A stretch of 62,149 bases of DNA, taken from the sequence record SRR31156797_6875; one strand, given 5' to 3'. The notes under the pieces were generated by a model that did not search any database, was not told the origin of the DNA, and worked only from the letters and a program-made list of their open reading frames with translations. The translations under genes were made by a program, and so were the position numbers. This document shows, piece by piece, positions 1-9,122 of the stretch (the first letter of the stretch is position 1; every line of letters begins with the position of its first letter).

Positions 1-1
1 G

Positions 2-586
2 ATAGCTATTGCGCCCGGTTTTCTTGTTCTTATGACCTCTTTTACAAGGATTATCATAGTTTTCTCACTGCTTCGTACCGCTATGGGTACACCACAGATG
101 CCACCTTCGCAGGTTATGGTCTCGCTTGCACTGATACTGACACTTTACATTATGAACCCTGTTTTTACAGAGATGTACAACAAGGGCTTCGGGCCGTATT
201 TTGAAGAGAAGATAACATTTCTTGAGATGGCTGCCGAAGTGAAGAAGCCAATTCGCAAGTTTATGCTGTATAATACAAGAAAGAAGGATGTTCGTACATT
301 CTTAGAGATAAGCGGGGCTGAGCGCCCGAAGACAGCGGAGGATATCCCTGATTTCGTGTTGCTTTCGTCCTTTGTGGTTAGCGAACTTTCCACAGCGTTC
401 CAGATGGGATTTCTGCTATTTTTGCCGTTCCTCATCATAGATTTTGTTGTGGCGAGTGTACTTCTATCAATGGGTATGATGATGCTGCCTCCCGTGATGA
501 TATCTGTTCCATTCAAGATCATGCTATTTGTTCTTGTGGACGGCTGGGGGCTTATTGTCACATCCGTAGTAAAGAGTTTCGGGTGA
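2..586 (+). CDS. fliP: Flagellar export apparatus protein FliP (5'-truncated by window edge)
   Basis: Frame is open from the window start (IAIAPGFLVLMTSFTRIIIVFSLLRTAMGTPQMPP); C-terminal MGMMMLPPVMISVPFKIMLFVLVDGW signature; followed by fliQ. Confidence 0.97.
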   Translation: MAIAPGFLVLMTSFTRIIIVFSLLRTAMGTPQMPPSQVMVSLALILTLYIMNPVFTEMYNKGFGPYFEEKITFLEMAAEVKKPIRKFMLYNTRKKDVRTFLEISGAERPKTAEDIPDFVLLSSFVVSELSTAFQMGFLLFLPFLIIDFVVASVLLSMGMMMLPPVMISVPFKIMLFVLVDGWGLIVTSVVKSFG

Positions 587-589
587 CGT

Positions 590-862
590 ATGACAGCTGA
601 TTTAGTTATTGATATGTTGGTTCACGCATTACAGCTTACTCTTCTGATCGCCGCACCTATGCTTGGTGTAGGTCTTATAATCGGTCTTGCTATCAGTATC
701 TTCCAGTCGGTTACACAGATTCAGGAGATGACCCTTACATTTATTCCGAAGATCGTCGGTGTAGTCGCTGCGATTATGGTTTTTGCGCCTTGGATGGTGG
801 ACAAGATGATGGGGTATACTATTAATCTTTTCAGCAACCTCGGACAATACATAGGTAAGTGA
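590..862 (+). CDS. fliQ: Flagellar export protein FliQ
   Basis: 90 aa, FQSVTQIQEMTLTFIPK motif, directly after fliP. Confidence 0.97.
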   Translation: MTADLVIDMLVHALQLTLLIAAPMLGVGLIIGLAISIFQSVTQIQEMTLTFIPKIVGVVAAIMVFAPWMVDKMMGYTINLFSNLGQYIGK

Positions 863-2226
863 TGCTTAGACTTTTCTTAATACTCCTTCTGATAATCAAC
901 AGTACAGCTCTGTTCGCTGCGGAGCGAGCTATTAAAAGCGCAAAAGATATTGCAGATATGACTGCTGATGAGCTTTTCAGTAAGAGTGTCGCATTTGTCG
1001 GCGGAGTATTTGACTATTCTAACGGCTGGTCTGATCTTCCAGGTGTTAAAGACGATCTTAACGAAGTCGCTAATATCCTTAATGCGAGAGGGTTCGAAGT
1101 TCAGATCAAAGCTAATCTAACTAAAAATGAATATATAAATAGCCTCGAAAATTTCCTATATGAATACGGAGGCGATAGAAGAGCGAGAATACTTGTTTAC
1201 TACGCTGGTCACGGACACTCACTCACTGAAAGGGGTAAAAAAACTGGCTATATAGTCCTTAAGGATGCCGCTAATCCATCAAAAGGGTTGAAAGGATTTA
1301 AGGAGGGGAGCATCCCTATGACATTTTTTTCTGAAAAGGCAAAAGGTGTCAGGTCTAATCAAGTTCTGTTCGTTTTTGACAGTTGCTTTTCCGGTACGGT
1401 CTTCTCTGCGATGCGCTCTATACCGGAGCTGATAGTCGAACTCCTGAGAAAGCCAGTGCGCCAGTTTATATCATCCGGAACAGAGAACCAGCTTGTACCT
1501 GATGATTCTGTTTTTAAGCGCAGGTTTATCGATGGGCTTAAAGGCGATGCTGATATTGACGGCGATACGGTTATCACAGGCTCAGAGCTTGGAGAGTTTC
1601 TCCGTGAGACAGTATCGACCTATTCATCAGGAACCCAAACGCCTGTCCACGGTAAGATGACAGGGTATGATGGTGAATTTATCTTTTTCAATAAAGGTAG
1701 TGAGGTCGCTAAGACAACTTTAAAATTAGATAACAGTAAGATGCTCGACGAGAAATCACAGCTGATAGCATTTATAAGTAAAAATCCACACCACCCTGAC
1801 TCGCAGAAAGCTATGGCAAGACTGCGTGAGATTGATGAATCGATAAATAAGCTTCCGCCGCTTGAGCAGAATAGAAAGAATTTTAAGATGAGTGCAAAGT
1901 CTGTTGTTATAACAAAAAAGAAGCATATCAGTCCGGAGTATCCATATATCCTGATCGCTCCGGTCGTTATAAAAACAAAAGGGAAGAATTATAAGGCAGC
2001 ATTCAAGATTAAGGCGAAAGATAAGCTGAGTTTCAAAAAGCTTAGAGATAGAAAAGCGATGCTTAGATCAGTCATAAGCCGCAGACTGGATTTCTCCAGC
2101 CAGCAGCCTCAGGATATTTCACTCTTAAGAGACAGTATTAAAGCGAAAGCTTACGATGCCTCAAATTGGGTTTGTCCGGATTGTGTTACTGAAAAGCCCG
2201 CTATTGCAGGTCTAATGGGTTTATAA
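862..2226 (+). CDS. Secreted caspase-family (peptidase C14) protein with C-terminal extension, possibly FliL-like
   Basis: Signal peptide (MLRLFLILLLIINSTALFA); His motif YYAGHG and Cys motif VFDSCFSG; DADIDGDTVITGSELGEFL..QTP end of domain; ATG overlaps the fliQ stop (TGATG). Confidence 0.85.
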   Translation: MLRLFLILLLIINSTALFAAERAIKSAKDIADMTADELFSKSVAFVGGVFDYSNGWSDLPGVKDDLNEVANILNARGFEVQIKANLTKNEYINSLENFLYEYGGDRRARILVYYAGHGHSLTERGKKTGYIVLKDAANPSKGLKGFKEGSIPMTFFSEKAKGVRSNQVLFVFDSCFSGTVFSAMRSIPELIVELLRKPVRQFISSGTENQLVPDDSVFKRRFIDGLKGDADIDGDTVITGSELGEFLRETVSTYSSGTQTPVHGKMTGYDGEFIFFNKGSEVAKTTLKLDNSKMLDEKSQLIAFISKNPHHPDSQKAMARLREIDESINKLPPLEQNRKNFKMSAKSVVITKKKHISPEYPYILIAPVVIKTKGKNYKAAFKIKAKDKLSFKKLRDRKAMLRSVISRRLDFSSQQPQDISLLRDSIKAKAYDASNWVCPDCVTEKPAIAGLMGL

Positions 2227-2728
2227 CAAGCTGTTCGTGCATAGTTTCGATCTCGCCTATGTACATCCTGTGATAGTCTTTGTTCGGATATTTTTCATGT
2301 ATAAAATCAGCGAGAAAATTATCAGGCTCAAGATCCTGAAAGTATAGTTTCTTACAAACCATAGATATAGTCGCTTCCTCATACCAGATACCATTCCCAT
2401 CGAAAACAGGGGTTAGGCCGCACTCTTTTATCTTGTCAGTGTCTCTGCCGGATTTTGCACCGCAGAGGGCGAGCGCATCTCTGTGTTCTTCGTTGAAAAA
2501 AGAGAGTGTGTAGTGGTCGTGCTTCTCCATGAATTCATAGGTGTATCTGTTTGGGCGTACAACGATAAATGTAACATTTTTAAACCACATAACACCAAAT
2601 CCGCCCCAGCTTGCGGTCATCATATTATAATTGTCTTTGTCTCCGGCAGTGACGAGCATCCAGTCGTCGCCTATCATTTTGAAAGGATTACCGAGCAGTT
2701 TTCCCGGTTCTAACTCTTTGAACCTCAT
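2201..2728 (-). CDS. Flavin reductase-like FMN-binding protein
   Basis: DWMLVTAG, NMMTASWGG, VRPNRYT, CGAKSGRDTDK and HRMYIGEI motifs; likely start is ATG 2728 after GGAGG. Confidence 0.88.
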   Translation of the reverse strand: MRFKELEPGKLLGNPFKMIGDDWMLVTAGDKDNYNMMTASWGGFGVMWFKNVTFIVVRPNRYTYEFMEKHDHYTLSFFNEEHRDALALCGAKSGRDTDKIKECGLTPVFDGNGIWYEEATISMVCKKLYFQDLEPDNFLADFIHEKYPNKDYHRMYIGEIETMHEQLVINPLDLQ

Positions 2729-2729
2729 A

Positions 2730-2969
2730 TTATTTTCCTCCAGACAGAAAGTTTGCGATGGACCTTGATTCGGATGAAGAGGCGGAAACACCGTGCTTCT
2801 TCATCCTTTCGATGGTCTGAATCCAGCCCTGCATAGACCTCTGCTTCTTCAATGAAAGTGATGAGCCGTGGCACTGTGTGCATTTACTATAGAAAAGATC
2901 CTCACCGCTCTCTGCAGCAAAGGCAGTTACGACCAGAAGAAACGATATAACAGCTACGACAGATTTCAT
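2730..2969 (-). CDS. Small periplasmic monoheme cytochrome c
   Basis: Signal peptide ending AFA, single CTQCH, W..TIERM distal-Met pattern; AGGAGG RBS before ATG 2969. Confidence 0.85.
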   Translation of the reverse strand: MKSVVAVISFLLVVTAFAAESGEDLFYSKCTQCHGSSLSLKKQRSMQGWIQTIERMKKHGVSASSSESRSIANFLSGGK

Positions 2970-2981
2970 CTTGCTCACCTC

Positions 2982-3545
2982 CTATTTAATTGTTTTTATA
3001 TGCCCGATGGTATCTTTTGCCACCTCGGGTGAAACTACTCTAACGGTTAGCTCTCGGTTGTATTTAAGAGCGCTGTTAGTGTAGTTATGGCTTCCAATAT
3101 AGCTAATTTTTTCGTCGATAACAGCACATTTAGAGTGCATACGCACATCAGGACTGTCATAGATTACTATAATATTATGTTTACGGAGTTCTTTGCCAGT
3201 CTTTTTATTCGCCTTGTCCAAAAAACCGCCGTCACCGGAAAAATCCATAGCAACATACACTTTGACACCTTTCTTCGCAGCTTTTATGAGCGAGCTTTTA
3301 AGCATCCCGGCACCGTTCTTTATGTTGTCATAATTTTTAAACATGTATACGGCTATATAAATGCTATTAGATGCTGAGTTGATGTCTTTGACAATCTCAG
3401 GCAGTAGTTCTTTATCTTGCAGTACAGTAACTTCGGCGTTATGGGCTGTTTCAGCTGTGACGTTTGCGTATATGAAAAAACAAACAACACACAAGGCAGA
3501 GATGATAAATTTAACTTGTGATCTCTTTGATTTTATCCCAAACAT
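2982..3545 (-). CDS. Phospholipase D-like (single HKD, Nuc-type) exported protein
   Basis: MHSKCAVIDEKISYIGSHNYT..A...NRE motif; N-terminal hydrophobic segment; start uncertain. Confidence 0.85.
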   Translation of the reverse strand: MFGIKSKRSQVKFIISALCVVCFFIYANVTAETAHNAEVTVLQDKELLPEIVKDINSASNSIYIAVYMFKNYDNIKNGAGMLKSSLIKAAKKGVKVYVAMDFSGDGGFLDKANKKTGKELRKHNIIVIYDSPDVRMHSKCAVIDEKISYIGSHNYTNSALKYNRELTVRVVSPEVAKDTIGHIKTIK

Positions 3546-4083
3546 CTTCTTTCCCTTTACGTGTGAGAGAAGAGAAGAGTATGATGTCCTCTCTTGCAAT
3601 ACTTATCTGCTTGCTGATTTTTGCAAGCCTCGATATCTGCTGATTATTAGAGAGCTTATCGCACTTAGTGAGTACGACCACCGGTCTGACGTTATAGTGC
3701 TGAAACCAGAAGAGCATGCTCAGGTCGTCGTCGTTCGGGTCTCGGCGTATATCTAAGATGAGAACGCACGCTGTGAGCTGTTCGCGCTCGGTAAAATAGT
3801 TTTCGATTGTTTCGCCCCACTGAGCTTTTTCCGCTTTAGAAACCTTAGCAAAGCCGTATCCCGGCAGATCAACAAGCATAAGCTTATCATCAACGGTAAA
3901 GAAGTTTACAAGCCTTGTCTTACCGGGTGTTTTACCAACTTTTACTAGTTTTTTTGTGCCGAGTAAGGTGTTTATCATACTCGATTTGCCAACATTGCTT
4001 CGTCCGGCGAATGCAATTTCAGGCAGGTCTGTCTCAGGGTAGCCCTTAGGCTCCTTAGCAGATGTTAAAAATTCAGCTTTCAT
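3511..4083 (-). CDS. engB: Ribosome biogenesis GTPase EngB/YihA/YsxC
   Basis: GRSNVGKSSMIN, TPGKTR, DLPGYG and TKCDK motifs. Confidence 0.96.
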   Translation of the reverse strand: MKAEFLTSAKEPKGYPETDLPEIAFAGRSNVGKSSMINTLLGTKKLVKVGKTPGKTRLVNFFTVDDKLMLVDLPGYGFAKVSKAEKAQWGETIENYFTEREQLTACVLILDIRRDPNDDDLSMLFWFQHYNVRPVVVLTKCDKLSNNQQISRLAKISKQISIAREDIILFSSLTRKGKEDVWDKIKEITS

Positions 4084-4927
4084 CTAAAATTCCTGCTTCC
4101 TTAAGGAAGTCGATAGTATTAAATTCAAAATTTATGGCAAAACCGGAAGCGTTTTTATGTCCGCCGCCGCCGTTAGCCTCAGCTATCCCTCTGATATTTA
4201 TGTCTTTACGTGAACGGAGGGAAACTTTTTGTCTTTGCATATTTATCATAACAACGTAATCTGCGCCTAGCTCCTGAATGATGTGGTTACCAAGCTCAGA
4301 GTTATACTCTTCAGCGAAAACAACAAAGACCTCAAGCCCTTCGGAGTCTGTCATCATCTCGCCAGATTTCGCAGCAGAGAAGATGTATTTATCCCTGCGC
4401 TCAGTTTCAAGATCAACTATAAGCCTCTGGTCTTTTGTAAAACCTGTAAACGGTTCACTTGAGAACAGCTCAAAGTAACGCTCAACACCGAGCTTCATAA
4501 AGAGCATGTTCATCTCAAGCGAGTCCTCACGCTTAAGGTGCCACATGTCGTAGTCGTTGACGCATTCGGCTAGATTTCTGTAAGGTTCAGCGTCATACCC
4601 TTGTTCAAGAAGCCACTCAAAGGTGAGCATGGTCGCACTTTTGGTTATGTCGTGTACCGTTGGCATCATCTCAGTAAGCCAGCTTGATGTTTCGTGGTGA
4701 TCGATCATGAGGACTTCTATCTCGCCCATGATCTGCTGTAAGCCACGTTTGCCCGGTGACATGTCGGTTATCAGAATCTGGTCGTAATCACGGAGCGATA
4801 TGTCTTCGAGGATAGGGTCTATCTCATTGTAGTTACAGAAGAGATTGTCCACATCCTTAAGGAGGTGTTTTGTCATTGCCCCGCAGGTTACTCCGTCTAA
4901 ATCATTATGTGAAATGTGTAAAATCAT
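4073..4927 (-). CDS. DHH/DHHA1 phosphoesterase (NrnB-like nanoRNase family)
   Basis: HNDLDG, ITD, IDHH and C-terminal GGGGHKNASG motifs. Confidence 0.88.
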   Translation of the reverse strand: MILHISHNDLDGVTCGAMTKHLLKDVDNLFCNYNEIDPILEDISLRDYDQILITDMSPGKRGLQQIMGEIEVLMIDHHETSSWLTEMMPTVHDITKSATMLTFEWLLEQGYDAEPYRNLAECVNDYDMWHLKREDSLEMNMLFMKLGVERYFELFSSEPFTGFTKDQRLIVDLETERRDKYIFSAAKSGEMMTDSEGLEVFVVFAEEYNSELGNHIIQELGADYVVMINMQRQKVSLRSRKDINIRGIAEANGGGGHKNASGFAINFEFNTIDFLKEAGILDES

Positions 4928-5027
4928 CTACATTACTCTCCAGTCTATATAAGCATCATATCGTGATGCGTAAAACGTGATAGCACAAATTGTGTTTTCA
5001 GTATAGTGATTCGCCTCTAGGTGCTAC

Positions 5028-5447
5028 CTAGCTTCCTATAATTTTAACTAAAACTCTTTTGCGTCTGCGCCCGTCAAACTCGCCATAAAAGATGCATTCC
5101 CATGGACCGAAATCCAGCTCGCCCTCTGTTATGGCAACCGTCACTTCACGCCCCATAATCTGGCGTTTGTGGTGTGCGTCACCATTATCCTCACCTGTGA
5201 GGTTGTGGCGGTAACGTGAAAGAGGCTCGTGGGGAGCAAGCTCCTCCAGCCACTCTTTATAGTCCTGATGCAGACCGCTTTCGTTATCGTTTATGAACAC
5301 AGATGCAGTGATGTGCATGGCGTTAACAAGGCATAAGCCTTCTTTGATTCCGCTCTCTCTGATGCACTCTTCAACGTCCGGTGTTATGTTTATGAATTCC
5401 ATCCGCTGGGTTGTGTTAAACCACAGCTCTTTACGATAAGATTTCAT
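5028..5447 (-). CDS. yjbQ: YjbQ/UPF0047 family protein
   Basis: [23 protein letters not shown] and [12 protein letters not shown] motifs. Confidence 0.92.
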   Translation of the reverse strand: MKSYRKELWFNTTQRMEFINITPDVEECIRESGIKEGLCLVNAMHITASVFINDNESGLHQDYKEWLEELAPHEPLSRYRHNLTGEDNGDAHHKRQIMGREVTVAITEGELDFGPWECIFYGEFDGRRRKRVLVKIIGS

Positions 5448-5598
5448 ATCAGGCTCCTCTTAATAAAAAGATATTAGACCAGATGCTCCATAGATGCAAG
5501 TAACGCTACTTACGAAAGAAGATATTTAATATCACAGTTAGGATGATGCTGACAATGATAGATGTGACTATAGGGAAATGAAAGGAGTATTTGTGTTG

Positions 5599-5716
5599 GT
5601 CATCCAGAGGCTTTAGCCGAAGGACTTATCCCGCTAGCATGAACTAACAAGCTTATAGACTTGCACGAGGCGATAGAGGTATCAGATTGCCACGTCACTC
5701 CGTTCCTCGCAATGAC
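5599..5716. repeat. Pair of inverted REP-like palindromic elements (GTCAT family)
   Basis: 5599-5627 GTCATCCAGAGGCTTTAGCCGAAGGACTT (+) and 5684-5716 rc GTCATTGCGAGGAACGGAGTGACGTGGCAATCT; related copies at 11985-12074 and 58503-58581. Confidence 0.8.
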
Positions 5717-5725
5717 GGTACTATT

Positions 5726-6301
5726 TTATACAAAACCGACGATATCTTTCCCTTCAGCGAGCCTTTTAGATAGCTGTTTACGGTAACGGTCTTCCTCGGA
5801 GTAGATACAACCGCAGTACTGCTGGCGATACATACCCATCTCTTTCGATTTGTCGATACCTTCCTGCCAGCCTTCACGGTAGTCCTCATAATGGAAAGGT
5901 ACGCCGTATTTCTTTGATGCGAGCTCGCAAAACTCTTTCATCATCTCGTGGTCTTGCCATCTGCTGTACATTAGCGTGGTGGTGAAAGCGTCAAAGTTAC
6001 CTTTTTTAGCTATCTGTGCGGCCTTTTCTATACGCATCTGATAGCAGAAACGGCAACGCTCACTCTCACGGAAAGCGGCATCACGGACAAACTGAACCAG
6101 ACCGTAATCTTCGTCTATGATAGTCTTGATCTCATTTCCATCGTTGAACTTCTTGAGGGTCTCAAGGCGCTTATAGAATTCTGTGACAGGGTGGATGTTC
6201 GGGTTATACCAGTAACCCATAACAGTGTGCCCCTGCTCTGTCAGCATCCTTACCGGATAGACAGAACAAGGACCACAACATTGATGTAAAAGTATGTTCA
6301 T
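5726..6301 (-). CDS. queH: Epoxyqueuosine reductase QueH (DUF208)
   Basis: LLHQCCGPCS, YNPNIHP..E..KR, RCRFCY..R and YRQQYCGCIYS motifs. Confidence 0.93.
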   Translation of the reverse strand: MNILLHQCCGPCSVYPVRMLTEQGHTVMGYWYNPNIHPVTEFYKRLETLKKFNDGNEIKTIIDEDYGLVQFVRDAAFRESERCRFCYQMRIEKAAQIAKKGNFDAFTTTLMYSRWQDHEMMKEFCELASKKYGVPFHYEDYREGWQEGIDKSKEMGMYRQQYCGCIYSEEDRYRKQLSKRLAEGKDIVGFV

Positions 6302-6376
6302 GTTATATGTTTAGCTTAAGCTGTCTGAGGGAGCTTTGCTCCTGATAACAGCAATTTGCCTGTCGCTGCTAAGCGA

Positions 6377-7726
6377 CTATAATTCCACTTTCGGTACGTT
6401 TTTAAGTGACTCTTTGATAGCCTCTTCAGGGTATGCGTAGTCTTCGAGCTTGCCTTCATAATATGAATCGTATGAAGCCATATCGAAGTGACCGTGACCT
6501 GAAAGACAGAACAGAAGTGACTTTGACTCACCACGCTTATCACACTCAAGAGCCTCTTTAGCAACACCAGCTATGGCGTGTGAAGACTCCGGAGCCGGGA
6601 TAATCCCTTCTGTTTTAGCGAACATCGTACCATACTTGAAGATATCAGTCTGACCAACGCCTCTTGCGCCAACGAGTCCTTCCTGATAGAGCTTGCTTAC
6701 GATAGGGCTGTCGCCGTGATATCTGAGACCGCCAGCGTGGATAGCCGGTGGCATAAAGTCGTGTCCGAGGGTGTACATCTGCATGATAGGTGTCATCTTA
6801 GCAACATCGCCATAGTCAAATGTGAACTCACCTTTTGTGAGAGTAGGGCAGGAGATAGGCTCCATAGCCACACACTCAACCTTTTTTCCGTCCATCTTAT
6901 CCTTAACAAATGCTGATGCTATACCGCCAAAGTTTGAACCGCCGCCGCATGATGCAAATACCATGTCCGGATAATCTCCGCCGATCTCCATCTGTTTCTT
7001 AGCCTCAAGTCCGATGATGGATTGGTGCAGGATAACGTGGTTGAGAACTGAACCTAGAGCGTAGTTAGTGTCAGGGCTTGTAGCCGCTTCTTCGACCGCT
7101 TCACTGATCGCCAGCCCGAGTGAACCGTTTGATTCTGGGTCACGCTCAAGCTCAGTGCGTCCTGCATTAGTGTTTGTTGATGGTGACGGGATAACTTCTG
7201 CTCCGAACATGTTCATGAAAGATTTTCTGTAAGGTTTCTGGAAGTAACTAACTTTAACCATGTAAACTCTGAGCGCCATTTCAAAGATATTTGTAGCGAA
7301 AGAGAGTGCGCTACCCCACTGTCCGGCACCTGTTTCTGTTGTAAGTTTATTAATTCCGCTTATTTTATTGTAGTAAGCCTGTGGAACGGCTGTATTAGTC
7401 TTATGGCTGCCTGAAGGTGAAACGCCTTCGTGCTTATAGTAGATACGGCAGTTTGTGCCGAGTGCTTTTTCGAGTCTTTCAGCTCTGACAACAGGAGTTG
7501 GTCTCCAGAGAGCGAGGATCTCCATAACTTCGTCAGGGATGCCGATGTGTCTCTCAGCGCTCATCTCCTGCTCGAGGATTGGTCCAGGGAAGATGGCTAG
7601 CATCTCTTCCGGTGTCGCAGGTTTGCCTGTCTGCGGGCTTATAGGCGGAGCGAGCTGAGGCATGTCAGCTAATATGTTATACCACTGTGTTGGCATTTCA
7701 CTTGGGTTCAGATAGATCTTTTTCAT
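6377..7726 (-). CDS. trpB2: TrpB2-type tryptophan synthase beta-like PLP enzyme
   Basis: WYNI.AD N-terminus, GSHKTN, TETGAGQWG, GGGSNFGG, HAGGLRYHG and LSGHGHFD motifs; no trpA adjacent. Confidence 0.93.
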   Translation of the reverse strand: MKKIYLNPSEMPTQWYNILADMPQLAPPISPQTGKPATPEEMLAIFPGPILEQEMSAERHIGIPDEVMEILALWRPTPVVRAERLEKALGTNCRIYYKHEGVSPSGSHKTNTAVPQAYYNKISGINKLTTETGAGQWGSALSFATNIFEMALRVYMVKVSYFQKPYRKSFMNMFGAEVIPSPSTNTNAGRTELERDPESNGSLGLAISEAVEEAATSPDTNYALGSVLNHVILHQSIIGLEAKKQMEIGGDYPDMVFASCGGGSNFGGIASAFVKDKMDGKKVECVAMEPISCPTLTKGEFTFDYGDVAKMTPIMQMYTLGHDFMPPAIHAGGLRYHGDSPIVSKLYQEGLVGARGVGQTDIFKYGTMFAKTEGIIPAPESSHAIAGVAKEALECDKRGESKSLLFCLSGHGHFDMASYDSYYEGKLEDYAYPEEAIKESLKNVPKVEL

Positions 7727-7838
7727 AGCGTACCTTCTTTAGTTTATTAGTCATATGGCTGAATTTTATAATAATTATGATGTATTTTCAACTATGTTTG
7801 GGTATCTTCTATATATATAGGTATAAACGAGGTGGTTC

Positions 7839-8390
7839 ATGGCTAAAGTTATTGTTATTATGGCAGACGGATTCGAAGAGATTGAGGCTGTAACAGTTAT
7901 CGATATACTGCGCAGGGCAAACGTAGATGTTTGTGTTGCTGGTGTGGTTAAAGGTGATATTAGCGGGGCACACGACCTTGTTATCAAACCTGACGCTTAT
8001 CTTGGCGATGTTTTAGACGATGAATATGATATGGTTGTTCTCCCTGGCGGGACAAAAGGTGCTGTTAACATTAATGAAAGCGCCGAAGCTTCCAAGCTTA
8101 TTAAGAGACTCGCGAAAGAAGAGAAATATGTGGCTGCTATATGCGCCGCTCCGTATGTTTTGGTTGAGAAAGGTGTTCTCGAAGGTAAGATGGCGACAAG
8201 CTACCCTTCCTTTCAGGAGAAGATTGAGTACGGATGTGAGTATCAGCACGCTATAGTTGTTGTTGATGAAAATATTATTACCAGCAGAGGACCGGGAACA
8301 GCGGCGGAGTTCGCTTTCACTCTGGTTGAGCTTCTGGTTGAGGAAGATACAGCGGAAAGTCTTAGAGAGGGGATGCTATTTAATGATTAA
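7839..8390 (+). CDS. DJ-1/ThiJ/YajL family glyoxalase/deglycase
   Basis: GFEEIEA..DILRRA, LPGG, AICAAP and ITSRGPGTA motifs. Confidence 0.93.
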   Translation: MAKVIVIMADGFEEIEAVTVIDILRRANVDVCVAGVVKGDISGAHDLVIKPDAYLGDVLDDEYDMVVLPGGTKGAVNINESAEASKLIKRLAKEEKYVAAICAAPYVLVEKGVLEGKMATSYPSFQEKIEYGCEYQHAIVVVDENIITSRGPGTAAEFAFTLVELLVEEDTAESLREGMLFND

Positions 8391-9069
8391 AGTCGCACAG
8401 ATAACGGACGAAGACAGAGAGATTTTTTCAGCTATTGAATATGTGAGGATGAACATTATCAAAGCTGATATTGAACTGAGATATCTTGATTACGGAGCGG
8501 GAAATCCGGAAGACCGCAGAACAGAGGAAGATATGCTTAAAGGTGTGGAGGTTGTTTCTTCTACATCAAAGGTTTGCGGGATAGGGCTTAAAAGCGAGTG
8601 GGCTGAGTATATGTATTCGCTGGTGAAAGAGAACAGGCCGGAAAAAGTTCTGGAGCTTGGAACCTGCTGCGGATTTTCATCTATATACATGGCAAAGGCG
8701 AGCCCTGCATCTGATATACATACCCTTGACGGGGCGAAGGCTGTTTCTGAGATAGCCGGACAAAATATGAGGAAACTCGGCTGTGATAATATCACAAGGC
8801 ACGTCGGACGCTTTGCTGACATTCTCGATGATGTGCTTAGTCAGCTAAAGAGTATCGATCTTATATTTATTGACGGCCACCACGACAAAGAAGCCACTAT
8901 CAACTATTTTGAAAAGGTTAAAAACTTCTCCCCTTCTGGCGGGATAATAGTTTTCGATGACATAAGCTGGTCTGAACCTATGCGTGAGGCTTGGGAAACA
9001 GTTATTGCTGACGATTCAATAGCCTATTTCGAGGATAAAAAGAAACTTGGTGTTGTCATAATGAAGTAA
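8383..9069 (+). CDS. Class I SAM-dependent methyltransferase (O-methyltransferase-like)
   Basis: VLELGTCCGFS, DLIFIDGHH and GGIIVFDDI.W motifs; ATG 8383 overlaps the end of the DJ-1 gene. Confidence 0.87.
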   Translation: MIKVAQITDEDREIFSAIEYVRMNIIKADIELRYLDYGAGNPEDRRTEEDMLKGVEVVSSTSKVCGIGLKSEWAEYMYSLVKENRPEKVLELGTCCGFSSIYMAKASPASDIHTLDGAKAVSEIAGQNMRKLGCDNITRHVGRFADILDDVLSQLKSIDLIFIDGHHDKEATINYFEKVKNFSPSGGIIVFDDISWSEPMREAWETVIADDSIAYFEDKKKLGVVIMK

Positions 9070-9083
9070 TTGCGTTTTTTTCA

Positions 9084-9099
9084 TGGTTTCTTTCTTGCT
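9084..9099 (+). promoter_or_regulatory. Putative sigma54 (-24/-12) promoter of the paralog array
   Basis: TGGTTTCTTTCTTGCT = GG-N10-GC with TTGC, shortly upstream of the AGGAGG RBS of ORF 9123. Confidence 0.55.
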
Positions 9100-9122
9100 A
9101 CTGAAATGTGAGGAGGTGAACC

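Noticed and set aside
2982-3545. PLD and the nearby caspase as an anti-phage defence system
   Set aside because: They are on opposite strands, both look exported, both sit in housekeeping operons, and no sensor, NTPase, cyclase or gasdermin-like gene is nearby.
5599-5716. GTCAT repeats as a CRISPR array
   Set aside because: Only two non-identical elements per locus, inverted at two of three loci, with no regular repeat-spacer period and no cas genes.
8257-8382. N-terminal extension of the methyltransferase ORF in the track
   Set aside because: It lies inside the DJ-1 gene; ATG 8383 at the gene junction is the plausible start.
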